Below, one piece after another: positions 9,410 to 18,433 of a DNA stretch of 48,651 nt. The stretch comes from Bacillota bacterium. GTDB lineage: Bacteria; Bacillota; Dethiobacteria; DTU022. Within the stretch, counting starts at the first letter, position 1, and each line of letters begins with the position of its first letter. The position numbers and the translations under genes are program-made. The notes under the pieces were generated by a model, which was given only the letters and a program-made list of their open reading frames with translations, was not told the DNA's origin and searched no databases. The stretch spans positions 1 to 48,651 of the forward strand of contig JBNJHL010000002.1 in NCBI GenBank assembly GCA_051748445.1, read 5' to 3'.

Positions 9410-10183
9410 TTGAAACTGGTTCGTTTTTTAGAAGATAAGACTGTCCGAATTGGCAGGCTTGAAGAAGATGTGATAATTGAAATCAGCCAGTCAGCAAATG
9501 ATTGGCTGATCAAACATGCTGAGACAGGAAGGCAGTTTAAGAGTAGCGAGATAAAGCTAATCTCCCCCTGCCTGCCGTCAAAGGTGATTTGCCTGGGTCT
9601 GAACTATCGCTCTCACGCCGAGGAAATGAATATTCCTTTACCCAAAAAACCAATTATTTTTATAAAGCCTTCGACTTCGGTTATTGGTCCAGGTGCTGAT
9701 ATAATTGTTCCACCCCAGAGCAAGCGTGTTGACTATGAAGCTGAACTGGGAGTAGTAATCGGTAGAAAAGCTTACAGAGTGAGCGCTGAAAAAGGTTTGG
9801 ACTTTGTTGCTGGTTACACCTGTGCCAATGATGTCACGGCCAGGGACAAGCAGCCTAAAGAAGGTCAGTGGACTTATGCCAAGGGTTTTGACACTTTTTG
9901 CCCCCTGGGTCCGGTTATCGAAACAGAAATTGAAAATCCCGAGAGTCTTGTTGTCCAGGGTTTTTTGAATGGCAAAAAGGTTCAGGAAGCCCCTACAGCA
10001 GACCATTATTTTACAACAGCGCAGATAATTGAGTTCGTTTCCGGTTGTATGACTCTTTTACCTGGTGATGTTATTATGACAGGCACACCTTCTGGAATCG
10101 GGCAGCTAAAACCGGGAGATAAATTTGAGGTTTTTATTGAGGGGATTGGAACTCTCGGTAATTCGGTTGTCTCAGACAGCTAA
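9410..10183 (+). CDS. fumarylacetoacetate hydrolase (FAH) family protein
   Basis: 257 aa with an FAH-fold C-terminal domain (KVICLGLNYRSHAEE...DYEAELGVVIG...GYTCANDVTARD...KGFDTFCPLGP...GDVIMTGTPSGIG). TTG start follows AGGGGGGG. Confidence 0.88.
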   Translation: MKLVRFLEDKTVRIGRLEEDVIIEISQSANDWLIKHAETGRQFKSSEIKLISPCLPSKVICLGLNYRSHAEEMNIPLPKKPIIFIKPSTSVIGPGADIIVPPQSKRVDYEAELGVVIGRKAYRVSAEKGLDFVAGYTCANDVTARDKQPKEGQWTYAKGFDTFCPLGPVIETEIENPESLVVQGFLNGKKVQEAPTADHYFTTAQIIEFVSGCMTLLPGDVIMTGTPSGIGQLKPGDKFEVFIEGIGTLGNSVVSDS

Positions 10184-10217
10184 GTTAAAAAATACTCGTT
10201 TTTAAGTGGAAATGGTG

Positions 10218-10246
10218 TTGTCATCAAACAGATGATAGTATATAAT
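10218..10246 (+). promoter_or_regulatory. sigmaA-type promoter (TTGTCA-17-TATAAT) driving the riboswitch-trkAH transcript
   Basis: The -35 is TTGTCA at 10218-10223, followed by a 17-nt spacer and a perfect TATAAT at 10241-10246. The predicted transcription start is a few nt before the aptamer. Confidence 0.6.
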
Positions 10247-10261
10247 ATGGTTAGTTTATTA

Positions 10262-10344
10262 GACCGTTCAGGGCAAACCTGCCGAAAGGCAGGGACGCAA
10301 AGCCTTGAGTCCTCTGAGCCAGAGAGACTGCCGGGCTGCCGGTC
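10262..10344 (+). promoter_or_regulatory. c-di-GMP-I (GEMM-I) riboswitch aptamer
   Basis: CAGGGCAAACC-UGCC-GAAA-GGCA-GGGACGCAAAGCC (10269-10303) matches both conserved blocks and the GAAA-capped hairpin of the V. cholerae Vc2 aptamer. A second hairpin is AGUCCUCUG/CAGAG(A)GACU (10308-10329). The 3' block is GCCGGGCUGCCGG. P1 pairs GACCG (10262-66) with CGGUC (10340-44). Confidence 0.8.
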
Positions 10345-10380
10345 AGGTTATAAATTTGTTTTTTAATTTTTCTCCCTGAT

Positions 10381-10410
10381 GAGGCAGCGTAGCCGCTGTC
10401 TCTTTTTTTT
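10381..10410 (+). terminator. intrinsic terminator (riboswitch expression platform)
   Basis: 9-bp stem GAGGCAGCG / CGCUGUCUC (one G-U pair) with a UAGC loop, followed by U8 (10403-10410). The 5' arm and its flank (CCUGAUGAGGCAGC, 10375-88) are complementary to the aptamer 3' strand (GCUGCCGGUCAGG, 10335-47). Confidence 0.8.
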
Positions 10411-10432
10411 CGAAAGTGAGGTCGATGGTGAA

Positions 10433-11839
10433 ATGCAGATCATTATTGTCGGTGGAGGAGGGGTTGGGTATGAGTTGGCCCGCAACCTGTCGGAGAAAGC
10501 CCAGGATGTTGTTGTTATAGAAAAAAATGAAGTTAAAGCCAGACGCTTTAAGGAAGCGCTTGATGTAATGGTTATTGAAGATAATGGTGCTAACGCCGCA
10601 GTTCTGGAAAAAGCTAATATTAAGAATGCTGATATGATGATTGCAGTTACCCAGGTAGATGAAGTAAATATTATTGCCTGTATGCTGGCAAAACAGTATG
10701 ATGTGCCGATCACAGTTTGCAGAATAAGAAATTCCGGCTACGCGGGAGACGAATCGGTCTTAACACCCAAGCAACTGGGGATTGATATTGTTATCAACCC
10801 GGAGAGGGTTGCCGCGATGGAAATATCTAAAATGCTGCATTTCCCCGATGCAGCAGAGGTAGAGTATTTTAAACGGGGTAAGGTGATGATGCTGGGTGTG
10901 GTAGTCGGTTCCGAAGCTGAGATTACAGGGGTTCCCCTGCACAATCTTCCTCTTCATAATGATGCTATTATTGTCGGGATCAGTGATCCTGATGGCAAAT
11001 TTATTGTTCCAGGTGGCAATGATGTAATTTATCCGGGTAATAAAATATATTTGCTGGGCAGAACAGGAACGCTAAAAGATATTAGCTCGCTTTTACATCA
11101 TGAAAAAACCAGGGTTCATAATGTTACTATCATGGGTGGAGGACTGATCGGACGTCAACTGGCTCTCCTGCTTGAAAAGAGTAAACAGAATTTTACCGTC
11201 CAGTTAATTGAGAAGAGTGAAGAACGCTGTGAAGAATTATGCCGGGATCTAAATAAGACCCTTGTTGTTCAGGGCGATGCGACTGAAATTGCCATGCTTA
11301 AAGAAGAAGATACCGACTGGGCGGATGCTGTAATAGCTTCTACCGGTGATGATCGCAATAATATTGTTGCTGCATTATTGTCACGTCAGTTTGGGGTTAA
11401 GAAGATTATCTGCGAGATAATGAAGCCTCAATATGTGCCGGTTTATAGTGCCCTCGGTATTAACAGTGTAATTAATCCTCGCTTGCTGGTTGCTTCCCAG
11501 ATATTAAGGTTCACTCGTAAAGAAGATGTTGTTTCTTTATCGATCCTGCAGGATGAAAAAGCTGAGATTATTGAAATAATCCTGCCTCAGTCAGCCGGTG
11601 TGGCGAATAAGACTATCGCCCAGTCTAAGCTGCCACGGGGAATGCTGATTGGCTCAATAGTACGCGATGATGAAGTGATTATACCCAGCGGTGACACAGT
11701 TCTGATGCCTGATGATCACCTTGTTATTTTTTCTGTGCCGAAAGTTAGTGCAAAGCTTGATCGTTTTTTTGCACCTTCTTCAGGCAAGGAAGACCGAAAG
11801 TACCTGCGTGATAAGCTGGTGCATATCGAGGAAGATTAA
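10433..11839 (+). CDS. trkA: Trk system potassium uptake protein TrkA (two RCK_N/RCK_C tandem units)
   Basis: Starts MQIIIVGGGGVGYELARNL (Rossmann GxGxxG). The second repeat starts NVTIMGGGLIGRQLA. The track ORF start at 10379 reads through the terminator, so it is rejected. ATG 10433 follows GUGAGG. Confidence 0.92.
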   Translation: MQIIIVGGGGVGYELARNLSEKAQDVVVIEKNEVKARRFKEALDVMVIEDNGANAAVLEKANIKNADMMIAVTQVDEVNIIACMLAKQYDVPITVCRIRNSGYAGDESVLTPKQLGIDIVINPERVAAMEISKMLHFPDAAEVEYFKRGKVMMLGVVVGSEAEITGVPLHNLPLHNDAIIVGISDPDGKFIVPGGNDVIYPGNKIYLLGRTGTLKDISSLLHHEKTRVHNVTIMGGGLIGRQLALLLEKSKQNFTVQLIEKSEERCEELCRDLNKTLVVQGDATEIAMLKEEDTDWADAVIASTGDDRNNIVAALLSRQFGVKKIICEIMKPQYVPVYSALGINSVINPRLLVASQILRFTRKEDVVSLSILQDEKAEIIEIILPQSAGVANKTIAQSKLPRGMLIGSIVRDDEVIIPSGDTVLMPDDHLVIFSVPKVSAKLDRFFAPSSGKEDRKYLRDKLVHIEED

Positions 11840-11872
11840 TCTGCCGGATTAACTGTTTAGGGAGGTTCAACG

Positions 11873-13348
11873 GTGCGAAACAACCGCATTTTTTTCCTCA
11901 TTGGTATTATGCTCATCTTCCTGGCCTTGACCATGCTTTTACCGACAATTTGGGCTTTTGTAGAGCAGGGCCGTGATCAAACAGCTTTTTTAAAATCAAT
12001 TATGCTTTGTCTGGCTTTGGGAGGATTATTATACTGGTTTTTTCTTCCTGCCAGGGGCGAAGAGTTAAATATTGTTGAAAATTTCACCATGGTTACCCTG
12101 GCCTGGTTTATTGCCGGTATATTCGGAGCGCTGCCTTATCATTTCTATGGAGTTTTTGATGGTTCATTCCTGCAGGCATTTTTTGAATCCGTTTCCGGCT
12201 TTACTACTACCGGAGCCACCTTAATCGAAGATGTAGAAGTTTTGCCGCGTGGAATATTATTATGGCGCAGCCTGACCCAGTGGCTTGGCGGAATGGGTAT
12301 TATCGTACTGTTCCTGGCGGTTCTGCCCAGGTTCGGCTTTCGCAGCATGACCATGTTTAAGGCAGAATTGCCCGGGCCAATAGCAGAAAGGGTTGTGCCC
12401 CGGGTTGTTGAAACTGCCCGGAGGCTCTGGTTGATTTATGTTGCCCTGACTGTCATCCAAATATTGTTGTTGATTATTTCAGGGCTTGGGATTTATGACT
12501 CAATAGCTCATGCCTTTACCACTATGCCTACCGGTGGTTTTTCTACTTACAATGCAAGTATTGCTGCTTTTAACAATCCCTATGCTGAAATAATCATTAT
12601 AGTTTTCATGCTTTTTGCAGGGATTAACTTTGCCCTTTACTTCCGCCTTATCCGCGGTGATTTAAGCATTTTTAAAAATCCCGAGCTTCGTTTTTTCCTC
12701 ATAGTTATTCTGGCCGGGATTATCCTGGTATCGATAAATACGCATAGTCACAGTTCTCTCAAGCTTTCACAGATATTACGCGAAAGTGCTTTTCAGGTTG
12801 TTTCCATCACTACGACAACCGGTTATGCAACAGCTGATTTTGAACTCTGGCCCAGCTTCTCGCGTGCTTTCTTGCTGTTCATGATGTTTTTAGGGGCATG
12901 CGGGGGGTCAACCGGTGGTTCGATGAAACAGGTGCGCTGGATGATGATGATTAAATATTCTTTCCGTGAATTAAGACAAACGATTCACCCGTCAGCAAGA
13001 GCTTCTGTCAAGCTTGGTGATCATACCGTCAGCGAGGAAGTCCTTCGTCCGATCATGGGATTTGGCTTTACATACCTTGCTCTTACTGGCCTGGCCACAC
13101 TGGCTATTGCTTTTATGGGTCTTGATTTTGAGACAGCTTTTTCTTCTGTTGCAGCGACAATTGGTAATGTTGGGCCCGGCCTATCCGGGGTCGGCCCGAC
13201 AGAAACTTACGGGATTATTCCACCAGCGGGGCTTTTTTTGCTTACGATAATGATGGTTGTCGGACGCCTGGAAGTGTTTACAGTTCTTGTAATTTTACTG
13301 CCTGAATCAAGGCAGCTGTGGGCCAGGAGATTAAACAAAAGAGGTTAA
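11873..13348 (+). CDS. trkH: TrkH/KtrB-family potassium uptake membrane subunit
   Basis: 491 aa, polytopic, with four pore-loop-like motifs (SGFTTTGAT, MPTGGFS, TTTTGYAT, IGNVGPG). GTG start follows GGGAGG. Confidence 0.92.
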   Translation: MRNNRIFFLIGIMLIFLALTMLLPTIWAFVEQGRDQTAFLKSIMLCLALGGLLYWFFLPARGEELNIVENFTMVTLAWFIAGIFGALPYHFYGVFDGSFLQAFFESVSGFTTTGATLIEDVEVLPRGILLWRSLTQWLGGMGIIVLFLAVLPRFGFRSMTMFKAELPGPIAERVVPRVVETARRLWLIYVALTVIQILLLIISGLGIYDSIAHAFTTMPTGGFSTYNASIAAFNNPYAEIIIIVFMLFAGINFALYFRLIRGDLSIFKNPELRFFLIVILAGIILVSINTHSHSSLKLSQILRESAFQVVSITTTTGYATADFELWPSFSRAFLLFMMFLGACGGSTGGSMKQVRWMMMIKYSFRELRQTIHPSARASVKLGDHTVSEEVLRPIMGFGFTYLALTGLATLAIAFMGLDFETAFSSVAATIGNVGPGLSGVGPTETYGIIPPAGLFLLTIMMVVGRLEVFTVLVILLPESRQLWARRLNKRG

Positions 13349-13350
13349 TA

Positions 13351-14442
13351 ATGTTATCCTACATGAATATAATAAAAAATATCAGGCAAAAGGAGTTTTC
13401 TCCGGTTTACCTGCTTTATGGTGAAGAAAGATATTTACAGGAAGAGCTTATTTCACTTCTGGCAGCTGCATTTCTTGATGGGGAGAGCGAGTATGGCTGG
13501 GAAAATTATGATGGTCGCAGTCTAAACCTTGAGCAAATAATAGAGAGGCTAAGTGAAGGTGGTTTATTTTCCAGCAGGCGGTTGATAGTTGTAGATAACC
13601 CACCGTACCTGACTCCTGTTCGGAGAAATGAAGAAAAGGTAGAGGGAGAAAAGGAATCTATTCAAAGCAGCAGCGAAAAAAAACATGCTGAAATGTTAGA
13701 AGAATACCTCAAACAGGCTTTCACAGGAGGGCAGCAAGGGATTTTAATTTTTTTAACCCGGGCTGTGGATCGGCGCAGGAGAATTTTCAAGGTGCTCAAT
13801 AAATACGGAACAGTATTGGACTGCAGTCCCTTAAAAGGGGAGGCACTTGCTTCATGGATCAAGAATAAAGCTTCGAAGTTTGGCAAAAAGATTGAAAGGT
13901 CGGCCCTTGAAAAAATACTTGCTTCCGGGAACCACGATTTACACTTCCTTTCCAATGAATTGAATAAATATGCTTCCTATCTCGATTCAGAAGAAGAAAT
14001 AATAACTACTTCTGTTGTTGAAGAACTTTTTACAGGTGATATCCAGGGTGATGTATTCAAGCTTTCCGATGCCATGGCTGAAGGAAATCTAGCCGGAGCT
14101 TATAATATTATGGATCTGTTATTAAGGAAACGTGAAAAGCCACTGTTAATTTTCTTTATGCTTGTCCGCCACTATCGGCTGTTGTTACAGACACATAGCT
14201 TAATGCAAGACGGTTTACCGCAGCAGGAATTTGCTTCGACACTCGAGATTCATCCTTTTGTTGCAGGCAAGTTGAGGGAGCAGGCGGTATCCTATAACAG
14301 ATATGTTCTTGAAGAAGTATTAATGGCTCTCCAGGAAGCAGATCGGCAGATTAAAACCGGGCGTATTGAACCTGAGCGAGCTCTGGAATTAATCCTGGGC
14401 AGAATTGATTATATCCAAAGCGCTTCACAACATGGTGTATAA
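13351..14442 (+). CDS. holA: DNA polymerase III delta subunit
   Basis: N-terminus is ...FSPVYLLYGEERYLQEE, and length and organisation are delta-like. ATG 13351 follows AAGAGG (13338-44) and lies 2 nt after the trkH stop. The track start at 13318 overlaps trkH. Confidence 0.85.
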   Translation: MLSYMNIIKNIRQKEFSPVYLLYGEERYLQEELISLLAAAFLDGESEYGWENYDGRSLNLEQIIERLSEGGLFSSRRLIVVDNPPYLTPVRRNEEKVEGEKESIQSSSEKKHAEMLEEYLKQAFTGGQQGILIFLTRAVDRRRRIFKVLNKYGTVLDCSPLKGEALASWIKNKASKFGKKIERSALEKILASGNHDLHFLSNELNKYASYLDSEEEIITTSVVEELFTGDIQGDVFKLSDAMAEGNLAGAYNIMDLLLRKREKPLLIFFMLVRHYRLLLQTHSLMQDGLPQQEFASTLEIHPFVAGKLREQAVSYNRYVLEEVLMALQEADRQIKTGRIEPERALELILGRIDYIQSASQHGV

Positions 14443-14465
14443 TATAAGGGTGGAGGAGTGGTTAT

Positions 14466-14993
14466 ATGGATGAACGGATTAAAGTTGATAAGGAAAGAAT
14501 CATGCAGGATGTTTATCAGCGTGGTTATGAATACGAGCAGCGTTACGATGGGTGTGCTCAGTGTGTGGTTGGAGCTATTCAGGATTTTTTTCCGGTAAAT
14601 AATGCAATATTTAAGGCATCAACATCACTTTCCGGAGGGATAGCATCGACAACTGAAGGCCCCTGCGGAGCTTTTAGCGGTGGGGTTCTCATCCTCAGTT
14701 ATTTCTTCGGCCGTTCTCGTGATGACTTTTCTGATATAGGACTTTTAAGGAGGCCCGGACCGATAGTCAGAGCTTATTGGGATTTATTTAAAGAAAAATA
14801 CGGAGGGTATACCTGTCACCAGGTCCAGACTACCCTTTTCGGCAGGGCATACCATTTTCTTGATAATGAAGAATATTATGAGTATGAAGAAGCAGGTGGC
14901 ACAAAAGATAAATGTCCTTCAGTGGTAGGTCAGGCCGGGGCATGGCTGGCTGAATTTTTGATAGAAAATAATGTGCCCTGCTTAAAATCTTAA
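14466..14993 (+). CDS. C_GCAxxG_C_C family (putative redox-active) protein
   Basis: 175 aa containing DGCAQCVVGA (C-GCAxxG) plus downstream conserved Cys residues (GPCGAFSG, YTCHQ, DKCPS). Confidence 0.75.
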   Translation: MDERIKVDKERIMQDVYQRGYEYEQRYDGCAQCVVGAIQDFFPVNNAIFKASTSLSGGIASTTEGPCGAFSGGVLILSYFFGRSRDDFSDIGLLRRPGPIVRAYWDLFKEKYGGYTCHQVQTTLFGRAYHFLDNEEYYEYEEAGGTKDKCPSVVGQAGAWLAEFLIENNVPCLKS

Positions 14994-15000
14994 AAATAAT

Positions 15001-15048
15001 AAACCGACCTGCAGTCCAGTTAAATCAATGACTACGGTCGGTTTTTTT
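15001..15048. terminator. bidirectional intrinsic terminator between the C_GCAxxG gene and rpsT
   Basis: AAACCGACC (15001-09) pairs with GGUCGGUUU (15036-44), and GCAGUC/GACUAC adds further inner pairing. A T-run follows on the + strand (to 15048), and U-rich sequence follows on the - strand. Confidence 0.7.
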
Positions 15049-15050
15049 GA

Positions 15051-15320
15051 TTAAACCGCTTTGCTTCTGTTAAAAGCGCGATTCAGGGATGATTTCTTAC
15101 GGGCTGCATTATTTTTATGCAAAACCCCTTTTGCCGCAGCTTTATCAATAGTGCGCACTGCCGCAGTCAGTTTAACTTCCGCGGTTTCAAGATCTCCTTC
15201 GGCCAGAGAATCTTCAAAATGACGAATTGAAGTTTTAAGCGCACTTTTGACTCTCCGGTTACGTTCTTCGCGTTTTATGCTCTGCCTGGTTCTTTTCGCA
15301 GCTGATTTAATATTAGGCAA
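15051..15320 (-). CDS. rpsT: 30S ribosomal protein S20
   Basis: 89 aa, MPNIKSAAKRTRQSIKREERNRRVKS..., a typical S20. Confidence 0.95.
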   Translation of the reverse strand: MPNIKSAAKRTRQSIKREERNRRVKSALKTSIRHFEDSLAEGDLETAEVKLTAAVRTIDKAAAKGVLHKNNAARKKSSLNRAFNRSKAV

Positions 15321-15583
15321 ACTAAAACCCTCCTTCCTTATGCATTAAGGCAATAAGATATTATCATCAGTATTCCCAAAAAAGCAAGTACCCTATTTAG
15401 CAAACACAATTATTATAATACATTTGGCTTTTTGCATCAATTATATTTAAAAAATGATTTAGCCTGGCCCAATAAAACAAAATCACTTTACAATTATTCT
15501 GTAAAGAAGGAGTAAATTGGATCTATATCGAAGTATTAACATGCTGTCGGTAGTAGAAACAAATGGGGAGGCCTAAATATATA

Positions 15584-17164
15584 ATGAAGGTATTGAGCCG
15601 GGACTCCATGCGGAAGGCGGATCGGAAAACCATCGAGGAGTACGGTTTGCCTGGTTCTGTTTTAATGGAAACTGCAGGCATGCGCATTGCAGAATTTGTT
15701 ACTTCTTTGCTACCTGAGAATACACGGGTGGTGATCCTGGCCGGACATGGTAACAACGGCGGTGATGGTCTTGTTGCAGCACGCTTGCTGGAAAAAGCGG
15801 GCTATAAGGTTTTTCTCTGGTGCTCTGCAAAACCTGGTGGCTGTAAAGCTGAAGCAGCAGGCCAGGAAAAATATTTGAAGAAGGTCGGGTATCCAATTAA
15901 TTACCTTACGGACAAAAGTGGGTTGGAGGTTTTAGTTGAGGATGTTCAAAATGCCGATCTGGTAATCGATGCGCTTCTAGGTATTGGAGTTGACCGTGAA
16001 ATTACCGGCTTAACAGCAGACCTTATTAAGATTGTCAATGATAGTAATGTTCCTGTGCTGGCTGTTGATATACCATCCGGGATAGATGCTGATAGTGGCC
16101 AAATCTTAGGTATAGCTGTCAAAGCTGATTGGACTATAACTTTTGCCGCTCCGAAACTCGGTATGTTCCTTTACCCCGGAGCAGGTTTAACAGGAAAAGT
16201 AATTGTTGGCGATATCCATATACCTGACAACCTGCTAAAAGAAGAAACGGTTGAGCTGGTTACACCTGCTTTTGTCAGAAAGGTATTACCTGACCGTCCA
16301 CCTGACGCCCATAAAGGAAGTGTAGGGAAATCTTTAATAGTTGCCGGTTCACCGGGAATGGCCGGTGCAGCAGTGATGACTGCAGAATCAGCGTTAAGTT
16401 GTGGCTCCGGCCTGGTATACCTGGCTGTACCGGAAAGTATTTGTCATGAAGTTGGGACTAAAACAATGGAAGTAATTATTGTCCCCCTGCCGGAACAGCA
16501 AAAGGGGATTATCAGCCCTGAAGCAGTAAATACAATTATTGGTAAATCTAAAGAATGTGACGCTCTTGCTGTTGGTCCCGGCCTTGATACGGGCAATGTT
16601 ACTTCAGAATTAATAAGTAAATTAGTTCAGTTGAGCCCTGTTCCACTTGTTTTGGATGCGGGAGCCCTGGCTGCCCTGGGGAAAAAAATGAATAATTTGC
16701 GATCAGCAAGGCACACACCTGTAATAACGCCACATCCCGGCGAAATGAGCCGTCTAACTGGTATACCTGCCGGTCAAATTCAGAGCAGCCGCCTCGATGT
16801 GGCTATAAAAAATGCCCGCCTGTGGGAATGTATAATTATTTTAAAAGGTTCAAATACTGTTATTGCAACTCCCGGCGGCAAAGTGAGTATTAATCCTACC
16901 GGCAGTCAAGCACTTGCTACTGCCGGCACCGGTGACTTGTTAACCGGGATGGTGACTTCATTTATTGCCCAGGGGATGGCTTACAGCGATGCTTCCAGGG
17001 CAGCTGTTTTTATGCACGGACTGGCAGGGGACCTGGTTCCAGAAGGACGTGGTCACATGGCCAGGGACGTGTTGGCCCGCTATAAGGAGGCATTTCAATA
17101 CCTGGTTGATTGTGATTCTAATTTTGAGGGGAACCCTTACCTGAAGATGGTAAGGCCTTTATAA
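15584..17164 (+). CDS. nnr: bifunctional NAD(P)H-hydrate repair enzyme (epimerase + ADP-dependent dehydratase)
   Basis: N-terminal YjeF_N domain (ILAGHGNNGGDGLVAAR) and C-terminal carbohydrate-kinase-like domain (HKGSVGKSLIVAGSPGMAGAAVM...GTGDLLTG). The start could be 15563 or 15584; GGGGAGG lies at 15565-71. Confidence 0.9.
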   Translation: MKVLSRDSMRKADRKTIEEYGLPGSVLMETAGMRIAEFVTSLLPENTRVVILAGHGNNGGDGLVAARLLEKAGYKVFLWCSAKPGGCKAEAAGQEKYLKKVGYPINYLTDKSGLEVLVEDVQNADLVIDALLGIGVDREITGLTADLIKIVNDSNVPVLAVDIPSGIDADSGQILGIAVKADWTITFAAPKLGMFLYPGAGLTGKVIVGDIHIPDNLLKEETVELVTPAFVRKVLPDRPPDAHKGSVGKSLIVAGSPGMAGAAVMTAESALSCGSGLVYLAVPESICHEVGTKTMEVIIVPLPEQQKGIISPEAVNTIIGKSKECDALAVGPGLDTGNVTSELISKLVQLSPVPLVLDAGALAALGKKMNNLRSARHTPVITPHPGEMSRLTGIPAGQIQSSRLDVAIKNARLWECIIILKGSNTVIATPGGKVSINPTGSQALATAGTGDLLTGMVTSFIAQGMAYSDASRAAVFMHGLAGDLVPEGRGHMARDVLARYKEAFQYLVDCDSNFEGNPYLKMVRPL

Positions 17165-17183
17165 AATATGGGGAGGGTCTTAG

Positions 17184-18422
17184 ATGCTCGACTGTTTGAT
17201 GACAGCTGAAGAAAAAAAACTGCAGGAGGAAGTAAGGGCTTTTGTCAAAGAAGATATTGATAAGCAGCTATTGCGTGACATGGATGAAGATAAAGTTCGC
17301 TACCCCCGTGAGTTCCTGGAAAAAGCGGCAGCCCGGGGTTTACTTGGTCTGCGTTTTCCAGAAAAATATAGTGGACGTGGGATGCCGTGGACTTCGGAAA
17401 TAATTGCCCTGGAGGAGGTAGGAGTTCTTGGAACCTCGCTGGGCTGCCTTTATTCACTGGTTAGTATTGTTGGCGAAGCCATAGATAAGTTCGGATCTGA
17501 CCTGCTCAAGGAAAAATATCTCCGCCCGACAATCGAAGGACGTCTAACTGCCGCTGAAGCGCTAACAGAGCCGCGCGGCGGTTCTGATTTTTTCGGAGCA
17601 GCCTGCACGGCAATTAAAGATGGAGATTACTATATTCTTAACGGTCAAAAACGTTTTGTTGTCGGTTCAGAAGGTGCTGATTATTTTATGGTTTATGCCC
17701 GGACCAATCCTGAAGGAAAACCGCATCAGTCTATCAGTGCTTTCCTGGTTGATCGCTGCCCGGAAGTAAAAGCAGAGTACCTTTACGGACTGATGGGAAC
17801 CCGTGGTGGTGGAACAGGCCGTCTTGTATTCAATAATGTCAGGGTACCTGCAGAGAATTTGCTCGGGGAGGAAAACAAAGGCTCGGAAATCTTTTACCAG
17901 ATGATGATTCCCGAGAGGATGACCAGCGCCGGCGGCGCTATCGGTATGGGTCGGGCGGCGAATGAAATTGCAGCCCGTTACAGCACCAGGCGCAAAGCAT
18001 TTGGGACGGAAATTAAAAATTTTCAGGCTGTTAGTTTTAAGGTAGCTGATAATGTTACTCTGCTCGATACTGCCAGGGGCATAGTTTACCTGGCTGCCCG
18101 TACTGTAGATGCGGGAGATCCGCCTGGCAGATCAAGGCGAATGGTTTCTGAGGCTAAAAAGGTTGCCACAGAAAATGCCTGGAAAGTGGTAAATAATGCG
18201 ATGCAGGTAATGGGAGGCATCGGTTATTCTAATGTCTACCCGATCGAAAAAATGCTGCGCGATGTTCGCCTGATTATGATTTGGACAGGTACAAACGAAA
18301 TTATGGACTTGATTATTCAGCATGAGTATTTTAAAGAAATGGGCAAAGAAGGAATCATGGGCCGTGATATCGAATTCGATGCCGTTGAAGCAGATCAGGT
18401 GGATGAAAAGATCTACGAATAA
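17184..18422 (+). CDS. acyl-CoA dehydrogenase family protein
   Basis: 412 aa with ACAD signatures ([11 protein letters not shown]; [23 protein letters not shown]...GTNEI). Substrate not inferable. Confidence 0.88.
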   Translation: MLDCLMTAEEKKLQEEVRAFVKEDIDKQLLRDMDEDKVRYPREFLEKAAARGLLGLRFPEKYSGRGMPWTSEIIALEEVGVLGTSLGCLYSLVSIVGEAIDKFGSDLLKEKYLRPTIEGRLTAAEALTEPRGGSDFFGAACTAIKDGDYYILNGQKRFVVGSEGADYFMVYARTNPEGKPHQSISAFLVDRCPEVKAEYLYGLMGTRGGGTGRLVFNNVRVPAENLLGEENKGSEIFYQMMIPERMTSAGGAIGMGRAANEIAARYSTRRKAFGTEIKNFQAVSFKVADNVTLLDTARGIVYLAARTVDAGDPPGRSRRMVSEAKKVATENAWKVVNNAMQVMGGIGYSNVYPIEKMLRDVRLIMIWTGTNEIMDLIIQHEYFKEMGKEGIMGRDIEFDAVEADQVDEKIYE

Positions 18423-18433
18423 AGCGGAAGGGC

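Noticed and set aside
10262-10344. First guess for the structured leader upstream of trkA was a ydaO/yuaA c-di-AMP riboswitch, the expected regulator of K+ transporters.
   Set aside because: The hallmark ydaO blocks (GGGGACCCA, GAAUC repeats, CCCGUCAGCUAACCUCG) are absent. The sequence instead matches the GEMM-I conserved blocks almost base for base.
10363-10432. N-terminal extension of TrkA (track ORF start 10379, MRQRSRCLFFFESEVDGE...) and antisense ORF 10363..10713.
   Set aside because: The extension is translated through the riboswitch terminator hairpin and U8 tract. The canonical TrkA N-terminus MQIIIVGGGGVG starts at 10433 with its own SD. The antisense ORF lies inside trkA and is low-complexity.
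13318-13350. Longer start codons from the track that create gene overlaps: holA at 13318, gatA at 22646, the FAD oxidoreductase at 22210, rbr at 8770.
   Set aside because: In each case an internal ATG with a properly spaced SD gives the family-typical N-terminus and removes the overlap with the upstream gene.
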